Shown in pieces: positions 8,549 to 17,284 of a DNA stretch of 64,000 nt. The notes under the pieces are model-generated. The model saw nothing but the letters and a program-made list of their open reading frames with translations. It had not been told where the DNA came from and searched no databases. Positions within the stretch are counted from its first letter, which is position 1. Every line of letters begins with the position of its first letter. The DNA comes from Candidatus Multivoradales bacterium (GTDB taxonomy: Bacteria; Acidobacteriota; Thermoanaerobaculia; Multivoradales; J023). The position numbers and the translations under genes were made by a program. The stretch covers positions 5,056,001 through 5,120,000 of the forward strand of contig CBDFLE010000006.1 of the NCBI GenBank assembly GCA_965248925.1, written 5' to 3'.

Positions 8549-11500
8549 TTTGACATTCTTTGGCGGGTTTTGTACACGCGTTACTTTTGGCTGGCGATTC
8601 TGACCCTCGCCGCCCTCGGCAGTGCCGGGCGTAGCCTGGCGGAGACCATCACCTGGACCGGTGCGGCAACCAACAGCTTCGATATCTCTGCGAACCAGAC
8701 CCTCGCGACGGCCGAGAACCCCTGCAACGGCGAGACCGTGACCGCGACTTTCAGCGATCCCGATTCGGCTGCGTCCGGCGCTTTCCCAGGAGTGGCATTC
8801 GGTACCATCCCTTACATGGCGATGAACGCCGCGGCGCCCAACGAGACGGTTCAGCTCGACCTGCTATTCGGCGGTGGTCTGCCGGTCGAAAACCTCTCCT
8901 TCCTCATCTATGACGTCGACCGGTCCAACGACAGCGGCAGCTCCTGGAACGATGTACTGACCGTCACCGCCGCCTTTGGACCCACTGCCACCGCTGTAAG
9001 CCTCGCCTGCAATGATGGTGATGGAATCTGTTCCTTTACCATCACCGGCAGCGGCACCACCAATGCGATCGCCACCAGCGGAACCAACAACCCGGTGTTT
9101 ACCTCTGCCAACGGCCAGGTCGTCGTCACCATCCCGGGCCCCGTCGATAGTGTCTCGATCGAGAACTTGGCCGGTGGCCCCGGCACAAACTTCCAGGTCA
9201 TCGGATTCGGGGACCTCGACTTCGACTGCTCGACCGTGCCGGTGACGGTGGCGGCCTTCGAGAGTTCGCTCGATGCCAAAGCGTTGAGTGCAACCTGGAC
9301 CACCTCTTCGGAGACCTCGAACCTCGGCTTCGAGCTGTGGGGAGAAAGCGAGGGTGAGTGGCAAGCACTCGACATGCCAATCGTACCGAGTGCTGCCGTA
9401 GACTCGCTGGTTCCTCAGTCCTACCACACGCAGATTTCGGCTCTCCGCCTCGACCGCTTGATGCTGGCCGAGATCGACACTCGTGGCCGGCGCCGCATGC
9501 ACGGACCGTTCGAGTTGGGCAAGTCTTACGGTGGAGCGGTCACTAACCGAGCGATCGACTGGGATGCGATCCGCAGAGAGCTTGAGCGCGGATCTAAACG
9601 CGGCGTCGCTCGACCCGCCATCGACCCTGGCACCGAGCCGGCAGCCGCGGAGCTTCGGGTCGAAGAAACCGGTATTTACCGAGTGACCTACGAGCAGCTG
9701 GCATCTGTCGGCCTCGACTTGGCTGGCGTCGATCCGACCTCGATCGCCCTGACCGAACGCGGTCTTGGTGTACCGCGCCGGGTGATCACCGGCACGAGAG
9801 CCAGCTTCGGCCCTGGCGGAAGCGTCGAATTCTTGGGGCAAGCCCTCGACACCCTCTTTACAAGAACGAACGTCTACCGGTTGTCCGTCAATCGCAGCCG
9901 CGTTCTCGCCGCAACCGAACGCGAGGTCTCCCCCGGCGCCACTGCCGCTGAGGCGTACACCGAAACCCGTTGGATCGCGCCGCAGAACCAGTACAGCTTC
10001 GGCACCCCGAGCAGTGACCCGTGGTTCGCCGACCGTCTGCTGGCTTTCACCACGCCGGTCAGCCGTGACTACCCTCTCGCCGTCGACCACTTGACCGCGG
10101 GAAAGGCCGAGTTGGTGGTCGAGCTCTGGGGGGTGACCAACCTTGACGAGTTCGCTCCAGACCATCACGTCGAGATAGCACTCAACGGAACGGCACTCGG
10201 CGAGCTGATCTTCAATGGCTTGCAGTCGCAGCATCTCGCGGTCGAGATTCCAGATGGCCTGCTTTCCGAGGGCGACAACACCCTCACTCTTACCTTGCCC
10301 GCGGATACGGGAGCACCTTTCGACTTGGTGCACCTCGAAGGCTACGGTGCGACTTACCCGCGTCGCTTCATAGCGACCGGCGACCGTCTCTCGTTCACCG
10401 ACAACGCTATCGATTTCGCTGTTGATGGCCTCGGCTCGTCCAAGGTCGTAGCCTACTCTTGGGACGGCAATGTGCTGCATCATCTCGGTCCGATCAAGGT
10501 CGAGCCGACGGCGCTCGGCAACGCCGCCCGGTTCCGCGGAATCCGCAGCCGAGGACAGACCTACTGGGTCTCGACCGTCGAGTCACTCCAAGTGCCGTCG
10601 GTCTCGCTCGCTCAGCCGGCGGCGGCGGATCTTCTGAGTGGCGAGGCGGAATACCTTGTCATCAGTCACCCTAGCTTCATCGACGGCCTCGCCCCCCTGC
10701 TCGAAGCACGGCAGCGGGATGGCTACTCGGTCAAGGTGGTCGACGTCGAGGATCTCTATCGACAGTACACGGGCGGAGTTTTCGACCCCGAGGCCATCCG
10801 TTCCTATCTGAGGGAAGCGGCATCGCGCCTAGGCACGCGTATGGTGCTCTTGGTCGGGGGTGATTCCTACGACTATCTCGACCACCTCGCCCTGGGATCA
10901 GTGAGTTTTTTGCCCACGCTTTACGCGCGCGTTCACCCGGTGGTGAGCTTCGCCCCCGCCGACTCCCTGCTGGCGGACCTCGACGGCGACGGTCTTCAGG
11001 ATCTGGCTATCGGACGGCTTCCGGTCCGCACCGCGGCTGAGCTAGATCAGGTGATCAGCAAGACCCTTGCCTACGGCATGGCCGCCCCGGCGGCGGTGGT
11101 TGCCGCCGACAGGCACGATGGCCGCACTTCGTTTCGCACCGCCAGCGAGCAAATCGCCGACACCCTACCCAGCTATTTCGAGATCACGCGAGCCTACGTC
11201 GACGACCTCGGAGCGGTAGCGGCCCACGACACGCTGTTGGCCGCGCTGGAAGACGGCGTGCCCATCGTCAGCTACACCGGACACTCCGGCCCGGCGGCAT
11301 GGAGCTTTGATAACCTCCTCACCACGACCGACGCCGACGGACTCGGCAACTTCACCAGCCCGACCGCGGTATTCGCGTGGGGCTGCTGGAACGCCTATCA
11401 CTCCGTGCCGCAGTACGACACCCTGAGTCACCGTCTGCTGTTGGCACCGGCAGGTGCCGCCGCCTTGGTCGGAGCCGCCACTCTGACCAGTGCCGACTCC

Positions 11501-11680
11501 GACCGCGCCTTGGCGGTCGAAGTCTTCCGCCAGGCTTTCAGCGGCGACGAAGAAGCCGGTCTCGCCTTGGGCGAGGCTCTTGTCCGAGCCAAGCATGCGC
11601 TCGCCCAAGAAGGCCATGGCGACGACGTCTTGGTTGGAGTAACCCTGCTGGGAGATCCTGCACTCAGACTCGAGAATTGA
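8546..11680 (+). CDS. Secreted peptidase C25 (gingipain-like) with N-terminal beta-rich domain
   Basis: Signal peptide; VPVTVAAF linker and W.T.SE..NLGF domain; GIYRVTY, VLLVGG, D.AIGRLPV; catalytic SYTGHSG and WGC; C-terminal LLGDPAL. Confidence 0.9.
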   Translation: MFDILWRVLYTRYFWLAILTLAALGSAGRSLAETITWTGAATNSFDISANQTLATAENPCNGETVTATFSDPDSAASGAFPGVAFGTIPYMAMNAAAPNETVQLDLLFGGGLPVENLSFLIYDVDRSNDSGSSWNDVLTVTAAFGPTATAVSLACNDGDGICSFTITGSGTTNAIATSGTNNPVFTSANGQVVVTIPGPVDSVSIENLAGGPGTNFQVIGFGDLDFDCSTVPVTVAAFESSLDAKALSATWTTSSETSNLGFELWGESEGEWQALDMPIVPSAAVDSLVPQSYHTQISALRLDRLMLAEIDTRGRRRMHGPFELGKSYGGAVTNRAIDWDAIRRELERGSKRGVARPAIDPGTEPAAAELRVEETGIYRVTYEQLASVGLDLAGVDPTSIALTERGLGVPRRVITGTRASFGPGGSVEFLGQALDTLFTRTNVYRLSVNRSRVLAATEREVSPGATAAEAYTETRWIAPQNQYSFGTPSSDPWFADRLLAFTTPVSRDYPLAVDHLTAGKAELVVELWGVTNLDEFAPDHHVEIALNGTALGELIFNGLQSQHLAVEIPDGLLSEGDNTLTLTLPADTGAPFDLVHLEGYGATYPRRFIATGDRLSFTDNAIDFAVDGLGSSKVVAYSWDGNVLHHLGPIKVEPTALGNAARFRGIRSRGQTYWVSTVESLQVPSVSLAQPAAADLLSGEAEYLVISHPSFIDGLAPLLEARQRDGYSVKVVDVEDLYRQYTGGVFDPEAIRSYLREAASRLGTRMVLLVGGDSYDYLDHLALGSVSFLPTLYARVHPVVSFAPADSLLADLDGDGLQDLAIGRLPVRTAAELDQVISKTLAYGMAAPAAVVAADRHDGRTSFRTASEQIADTLPSYFEITRAYVDDLGAVAAHDTLLAALEDGVPIVSYTGHSGPAAWSFDNLLTTTDADGLGNFTSPTAVFAWGCWNAYHSVPQYDTLSHRLLLAPAGAAALVGAATLTSADSDRALAVEVFRQAFSGDEEAGLALGEALVRAKHALAQEGHGDDVLVGVTLLGDPALRLEN

Positions 11681-11727
11681 TGCTGTAGCTCACCATTGCT
11701 AATATCGACGGTGAGTCTGCATGGCTG

Positions 11728-11761
11728 GATTGGGAAGGCCGCCAGCGGAACCTTCCCAATC
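11728..11761. terminator. Hairpin between convergent genes
   Basis: GATTGGGAAGG ... CCTTCCCAATC, a perfect 11-bp stem; no strong adjacent U-tract. Confidence 0.5.
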
Positions 11762-11770
11762 TCTGAGTCG

Positions 11771-12117
11771 TTTTCATCAACAAACCTCCTTTTCGAGCGG
11801 TCTCGGGACAGCCGTCTGCCGACCCTCTGGACCGGTCTCAGAGATCTATGCGCCAACTAGTCGCGAAGTGGCTAGTCTGGTTTGGCAGTGGAGCCGTCCA
11901 ATTCGCTAACCGCCAACTCGACTGGCTTGGAAGGACGGAGGCCGATGTCGAATGCTTTGCTCAGGTGGATCTGGTAGCGAGCAGCGGTCCGGCTGGCGAA
12001 CAGGCGATCATAGCCGCCGCCGCGAAACACCCGCAGCGGCTCCGGCATGGCGGCGACGACATCCGCCGGCACTAAGCGCAATCCGTCGGTGGCGCGCAGC
12101 GGCAGCTCGAATGAGCC
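11771..12117. repeat. Direct repeat copy 2
   Basis: Matches 7965-8367 with scattered substitutions (about 17 counted in the coding part). Confidence 0.9.
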
Positions 12118-14625
12118 GAAGTCGCGACACCACTCCCAGACGTTGCCGACCGTGTCGTGCAGGCCGAATGGGTTGGCGCGGTAGCTGCCTACCGGCGCGG
12201 TGTGCTGGTAACCGTCGTCCCAGGGTGCGGCTCGGCTCTTCTCGATCCGGCCGGTGCGGTAGTAGCGCTGGTCGCCGATGTTGGCGGTGCCGCGGACGCT
12301 CTCAAACCGATCGCCTGCCCACCACACGCTGCTAGTGCCGGCGCGGGCCGCGTACTCCCACTGCGCTTCGGTGGGTAGGGTCAGACCGAGTCGCCGCATG
12401 GTCTTGTCGGCCGCCCACCAGTTGACCCTCTCGACCGGATGGCGCAGGTTGTGTAGCTGCCCATCGACCCACTCGCCGGCTGGCCGGGAACTGGGATTTT
12501 GGTGATTGATCCGCTGCCACTGCCCCTGGGTCATTTCGTATTTGGAGAGGAAGAAGGGATCGCCGAGGGTCACCCTGTGTATCGGCCCTTCGGAGCTGCG
12601 GGCCCAGGGGTCGAGATTGGCGCCGCTGATCTTGGCATCGTCACTTGGCGGTTGCTCCGCGCCCATGCGAAAAGTCCCCGCCGGGATCAGGACGAACACT
12701 AAGCTGGTGGTGATGCCGATCCGCAGCTGGCCATCGTTGCCGCGACCTGGAATTTCGCCAGTAGGCAGGTGGGCGAATTCCCACAGACCGCTGTGGGGAT
12801 CGCGGCCGACCGGCACCAAGCCTAGTTGAGGGGCGATTCTCAGGCCCTCGTAGGCGGGGCTGCGTTGCGGGTCGGCGATCGCCGTGATGGCCTCTTGCCA
12901 CAGCTCACCGGGTTCCTCCACGGTCTGCCGCCGGACGTTGCGGGCGACCGTCAGTCGTTGGCGCAGGCGCGCGATCTGACCGGCCTTGGGGTGGGTCAGC
13001 TGTTCGAGTTTCTCAACCAGCTCGGCGAGAAGCTGATGGCGGAACTCGGTTGCCACGTCGGCGAACACCTCGCGGCTGACCGGCCGGCCGGCAGAGTCGG
13101 CGTGCACCCGGCGGGTGGTCTCACCACCGTGCGAGCGCAGCTCTTTGAGCTGCTGCCGGTACTGGGGTAGGCGCTGTGCCAACTGGTTTGCATCGCCGGC
13201 TAGCCAGCGCTCCATGGCGTCGATCTTCTGCGGCTGGGCGGGCCAGATCTCGTCGGCTTCGCGGAGCACCCGAGCGAGCAGCTCGCGGTCCGAGAGCCGT
13301 AGCAGCTGATCGCTCTTCCCTTGACTCTCGAAGTAGAAGTGAGTGCTGACCACCAAGCCGAGGATCAAGGCTAGAAAGACCGCCGTGACGGCGCCGAAGA
13401 ACGCCCTATGACGTTGCACCAGGCGGCCCAGACGGTAGCTGAAGCTGGCGCCGCGGGCCAGCACCGCCTCGCCGCGCAGATGGCGGTCGAGGTCGGCGAG
13501 CAGCTCCGACACCGACGAGTAGCGCTGTTCGCGATCCTCCGCGAGGGTGGTTTGGACGATGGCATCGAGATCGCCGCGCAGGGCCAGAGTGAGTTGGCGC
13601 GGGCCGCTGCCGCGCTCGGCAGCGATCGCGGCGCGGCGGGTGCCGGCTCGAGCCAACCGTCCGCTGGGCGTCGGCGGCTCGCTGGCCGCCTGGGCCGAGC
13701 GTGCCGCGCTGCTGCCGGCTAGCCCGGCCGCTTCGCCATGGGGCAGTTCGCCGCACAGCAGCTCGAAGAGCACCACACCGAGGGAGTAGATATCAGAGCG
13801 GGTGTCGACCGAGGGATTCCAGGGATCGGCCTGTTCCGGGCTCATGTAGGCCGGCGTGCCCATCAGCGTGCCGAGGCAGGTGTGCAGGGTCTTGTCGGTC
13901 AGCGGTCGATCGAGGGCTTTGGCGATACCGAAGTCGATCACCTTTGGCTGCGGCTCTTGATCCTCCGGTACGAGGATGTTGGAAGGCTTCAGATCGCGGT
14001 GAATGATGCCTTTCTCATGGGCGTGCTGAACCGCTCGGCAGACTTTGGTCAACAGCCGTAATCGGGCTCGCAGGTCGAGGCGGTGGTAGTTGCAGTAGGT
14101 GGTGATCGGCAGCCCTTCGACGTACTCCATGGCGAAGTAAGGCCGCCCGCTGTCGCTGATTCCGGCGTCAAAGACAGCCGCGATCCCGGGGTGATTCATC
14201 ATCGCCAACGCCTGGCGTTCCTGCTCGAAGCGGGCGACGATCTCGCCGGTCTCCATCTCCGGCTTGAGCACTTTCAGTGCCACCCGACGTTCCACCGGCT
14301 GTTGTTGAGCCGCCAGATAGACCACCCCCATTCCACCCTCGCCGAGCTGGCTGATGATGCGGTACGGGCCGAGCCAGTCGGCAACGCTGAGTTGGGAGTG
14401 GGGTGCCACGCCGCGGGCGGGGTAGGGAACGCCGAGCTGATCGCCACCCGCGGGAACTTCGAGAAAGGTCTCGGCTGCCTTGAGATGAGCGAGCAGGGAC
14501 AGGGCTTCTTCCGCTAGCGCCTGATCGTCGCCGGCGGATTCGCGGACCGAGGCGCGGCGTCGTCGAGTGGTCGGATAGCGGATAGCGCGAGCGAAAATCT
14601 GCTCGACCGCGGGCCGCTGGGTCAC
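11872..14625 (-). CDS. Membrane Ser/Thr protein kinase with C-terminal FGE-sulfatase (SUMF1-like) domain
   Basis: GEGGMGVV, VALK, HRDLKPSN, DFG, GTPAYMSPE; one TM helix; F.MG, YEMTQ, HPVE.V.W, LPTEAQWEYAAR, NPFGLHD..GNVWEW. The GTG start at 14625 overlaps the sigma TGA (GTGA); the track's extension to 15450 is not credible. Confidence 0.9.
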   Translation of the reverse strand: MTQRPAVEQIFARAIRYPTTRRRRASVRESAGDDQALAEEALSLLAHLKAAETFLEVPAGGDQLGVPYPARGVAPHSQLSVADWLGPYRIISQLGEGGMGVVYLAAQQQPVERRVALKVLKPEMETGEIVARFEQERQALAMMNHPGIAAVFDAGISDSGRPYFAMEYVEGLPITTYCNYHRLDLRARLRLLTKVCRAVQHAHEKGIIHRDLKPSNILVPEDQEPQPKVIDFGIAKALDRPLTDKTLHTCLGTLMGTPAYMSPEQADPWNPSVDTRSDIYSLGVVLFELLCGELPHGEAAGLAGSSAARSAQAASEPPTPSGRLARAGTRRAAIAAERGSGPRQLTLALRGDLDAIVQTTLAEDREQRYSSVSELLADLDRHLRGEAVLARGASFSYRLGRLVQRHRAFFGAVTAVFLALILGLVVSTHFYFESQGKSDQLLRLSDRELLARVLREADEIWPAQPQKIDAMERWLAGDANQLAQRLPQYRQQLKELRSHGGETTRRVHADSAGRPVSREVFADVATEFRHQLLAELVEKLEQLTHPKAGQIARLRQRLTVARNVRRQTVEEPGELWQEAITAIADPQRSPAYEGLRIAPQLGLVPVGRDPHSGLWEFAHLPTGEIPGRGNDGQLRIGITTSLVFVLIPAGTFRMGAEQPPSDDAKISGANLDPWARSSEGPIHRVTLGDPFFLSKYEMTQGQWQRINHQNPSSRPAGEWVDGQLHNLRHPVERVNWWAADKTMRRLGLTLPTEAQWEYAARAGTSSVWWAGDRFESVRGTANIGDQRYYRTGRIEKSRAAPWDDGYQHTAPVGSYRANPFGLHDTVGNVWEWCRDFGSFELPLRATDGLRLVPADVVAAMPEPLRVFRGGGYDRLFASRTAARYQIHLSKAFDIGLRPSKPVELAVSELDGSTAKPD

Positions 14626-15203
14626 CGGCTGTGGCCTTTGGCAGAGATCTTTGGACGGTCCAGTCGTTGGTGCAGCCAGGCCTTGGCGTAGCTCCAGTCG
14701 AGTTTGACGGTCGCTGGCGATACCTCCAGGGCAGTGGCGGTTTCGGCGATCGACAAGCCGCCGAAATAGCGCAGCTTGACTACCAGGGCCTTGCGCGGCG
14801 CCAGTGCTTCGAGATCGGCCAATGCCTGGTCGAGAGCCAGCAGCTCGCTGTCTAGAGTGCTGCCGGCTGGTTCGGCCAGCTGGCTGAGAGACGCCGGTTG
14901 TTGACCGCCGCCGCGCTTGGCGCGGCCACGCCGGCGGGCAGACTCGATGAGGATGCGGCGCATCGCCTCGCCGCAGGCGGCGAAGAAGTGCCGCCGGTTC
15001 TGCCACGAGCTGCTGCCCCGCAGACGCAAGTAGGCCTCGTGGACCAGGGCGGTAGGTTGCAGGGTGATACGGCGCCTCTCGGCCGCCATCCGACCCCGGG
15101 CCATGCTGAGCAGCACAGCGTAGACTTTCGGCATCAGCCGTTGCCCGAGCTCTTCGGGATCGTCGCCGTAGCGCCGCAGGATGTCTGTGATGACGCCGCT
15201 CAT
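14622..15203 (-). CDS. ECF sigma factor (TIGR02999-like, kinase-associated)
   Basis: TLQPTALVHEAYLRL, RRHFFA, MRRILI..AR, LRYFGGLS..ETA..L.VS..TV..DW..AKAWL; start 15203 or 15218. Confidence 0.9.
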   Translation of the reverse strand: MSGVITDILRRYGDDPEELGQRLMPKVYAVLLSMARGRMAAERRRITLQPTALVHEAYLRLRGSSSWQNRRHFFAACGEAMRRILIESARRRGRAKRGGGQQPASLSQLAEPAGSTLDSELLALDQALADLEALAPRKALVVKLRYFGGLSIAETATALEVSPATVKLDWSYAKAWLHQRLDRPKISAKGHSR

Positions 15204-15473
15204 TTGCTCTCGGATCAAGAAAGGTCGATTTCGCCCAGAATTCTAGCAGCCGCCTCTGCCGCGTCAGGAATCCGGCGGCTGGGTCACGCCAGCCAGTGAA
15301 TTCAGCATCTTCCTCGTCCTGACAGCGCAATCGGGCTGGATCGTCAATGTAATCGGGCTGGTGGGCAAGACCGTCGGGTTGGTGGGTGGACTGGTGGCCT
15401 GACTGTGAAGCCCTCTCTCCTCTTGTTGCGGATCGTTGGAGGCCTCGCACTGCTCAGGTAGACATGCCGAAGA

Positions 15474-16301
15474 CTAGGACCGAGCCCCCAGGGCACCGCG
15501 GGATTCGGCGGCTCGCTCATTGACTCTGGCGAGAGCGTCGTTCAAGTCGACAACAGAACTGACCATGGCTCGATGGATGCCGCGGGCTTCTAAGGATCGC
15601 CGCAGAACCCGGAGGCAACTGTAGATTCTGCGGTAGAGCTGCTGGGTGCCGATGTCTAGTTTATCAGCGAGAGAACTGACTGTTTGACCACTGAAACGCA
15701 GCTCCAGAAGCAGGCGATCCTCAGCTTTGAGATCCCCCAGGGCCGAGGCCAGAGATCGTGCCAGGGTTCTGGCCTGGTTGGCTTGTTCAGGATCCCCGGC
15801 TCGACGATCACTGCGCTGCGGTGCAGGCAGCAAGTTCAGGCAGTCTTCGCCGATGTTCTTGGGCCGTTGTCGCAGGGGCAGGCTGGTCGCACAGGACTCG
15901 AGTTCGGCTCGCGACGCCCCCGGAGTCCGCTGATGTACCCATCTCACTGCCTCGGCCGGGGACATCTGGTCGCGATTGATCAGACGATCCAGCTCAGTCG
16001 CCATGGTGCCCAGTCGCCGGGACTGAGCGCATGGGCGCCATTTCCCCCACTTCTTTGTTCGATAGTCGAGCAGGAAACGATGGGCGACAACGGTGAGGTA
16101 GGTTCGGCGACTGCTGAGGCCGGAGAAGCTACGCAGCACTCGGCAGTCACTGTCCCATAGGCGCATCATCGCATACGAGTGGAGATCCTCCCGCTCGCCA
16201 GCATCGAGTCGTTGCCGGGCGCCAAGCCCTCGCAGAACGTCTTCAATTAGTGGTAACTGTTCCTCGAGCAGCAGGGCAGCGCTCATAGATGAGCTGGCCA
16301 T
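15474..16301 (-). CDS. Sigma-70/ECF-type sigma factor with internal insertion
   Basis: Region-2-like TYLTVVAHRFLLDYR, WGKWRP insertion, region-4-like DRLLLELRF.GQTVS.LA..L; GGAGG RBS. Confidence 0.8.
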   Translation of the reverse strand: MASSSMSAALLLEEQLPLIEDVLRGLGARQRLDAGEREDLHSYAMMRLWDSDCRVLRSFSGLSSRRTYLTVVAHRFLLDYRTKKWGKWRPCAQSRRLGTMATELDRLINRDQMSPAEAVRWVHQRTPGASRAELESCATSLPLRQRPKNIGEDCLNLLPAPQRSDRRAGDPEQANQARTLARSLASALGDLKAEDRLLLELRFSGQTVSSLADKLDIGTQQLYRRIYSCLRVLRRSLEARGIHRAMVSSVVDLNDALARVNERAAESRGALGARS

Positions 16302-16654
16302 GGTCTTCCTCCTTCGGCTGGGCAGCGAGATTCGCTTCGCTCGCGCCGCACCTGCCGGAAAATGTTTTGTAGGTCCACAAGGGAGTCAACGCCTGGTCGC
16401 GGAGGACCGAACAGTTGGAAGGAACTTTCTGGGTCTCCACCCTGGCCCGTGGCCAGGGCCGAGAGAGGTTCGACTTGCTAGACTGCCGAACACTTCAGGG
16501 TGAATTCGGCTGGGTTGGGGCCGAGCAGAGTTCGCCGGCCAAGGGCTACAACTGCCGATGGGAGCCAACAAGCGGCGCCCGTTCACGGGCCGGCGCGGTT
16601 GCCCTGCCACTCTTGGCTTGGATCATCAAGGGACCTCAAGGAGGGGACTAGAAG

Positions 16655-17284
16655 ATGGGCCGCGGCTCGGAACTACAGGATAGCGACCAGGATCTCGGTC
16701 TTCGCAGCGTCGAGAGGCAGCTGGTTGGGCACACCACCCTGCGGCTCCTGGAGCAGGTGCGGTTGGGCGATCAACAAGCGCGAGAGGCATTGTGCAGTCG
16801 TTTCTTGGCTCCCTTGCAGGGCTGGGCTCGCGGTCAGCTGCCGATTTGGGCGCGGCGGCGCTTCGACACCGACGATCTGGTCCAGGAGACCATGCTGAGG
16901 ACTCTGCGCCGGATCGAGGATTTTGAACAGCGGCGCCAAGGCGGCTTGCTGGCCTACTTGCGCCAGATCCTTCGCAATCTCATCCGCGACGAGATCAGGC
17001 GGCTGAAACGTCGGCCGACTCCGGTGGATACGGAGCGCGACGCGGAGTCACCCGAGCCAACGCCTCTGGAGCTGGCCATCGGCCGTGACGGCTTGCAGCG
17101 TTTCGAGTCAGCTTTGGCCACTTTGAGTGATTCAGATCAGGAAGCGATCATCGCTCGGGTCGAACTTGGATTGAGTTACCGCGAGATCGCCGAGCACCTA
17201 GGCAAGCCAAGTGCCGATGCTGCTCGCATGGCAGTCAGCCGGGCATTGTTGCGTTTAGCCAAGGGAATGGGGCACGGTGGCTGA
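16655..17284 (+). CDS. ECF sigma factor
   Basis: GDQQAREAL, DDLVQET, YLRQILRNLIRD, LSYREIAE.LG..S..AARM.V.RAL; overlaps the kinase start. Confidence 0.9.
   Translation: MGRGSELQDSDQDLGLRSVERQLVGHTTLRLLEQVRLGDQQAREALCSRFLAPLQGWARGQLPIWARRRFDTDDLVQETMLRTLRRIEDFEQRRQGGLLAYLRQILRNLIRDEIRRLKRRPTPVDTERDAESPEPTPLELAIGRDGLQRFESALATLSDSDQEAIIARVELGLSYREIAEHLGKPSADAARMAVSRALLRLAKGMGHGG

Noticed and set aside
8864-10483. 539-aa antisense ORF (and many similar shadow ORFs)
   Set aside because: Lies opposite a well-supported gene; expected from codon bias in GC-rich DNA; no motifs.
8133-12117. Diversity-generating retroelement (duplicate of the 3' end of an FGE/C-type-lectin-fold domain as TR/VR)
   Set aside because: The ~17 differences are not confined to coding-strand adenines in either copy, the duplication extends well into non-coding DNA, and no reverse transcriptase is in the window.
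14626-15450. N-terminal 275-aa extension of the kinase ORF in the track
   Set aside because: Overlaps the ECF sigma on the same strand in another frame, has no protein-like features, and a coupled GTG start exists at 14625.
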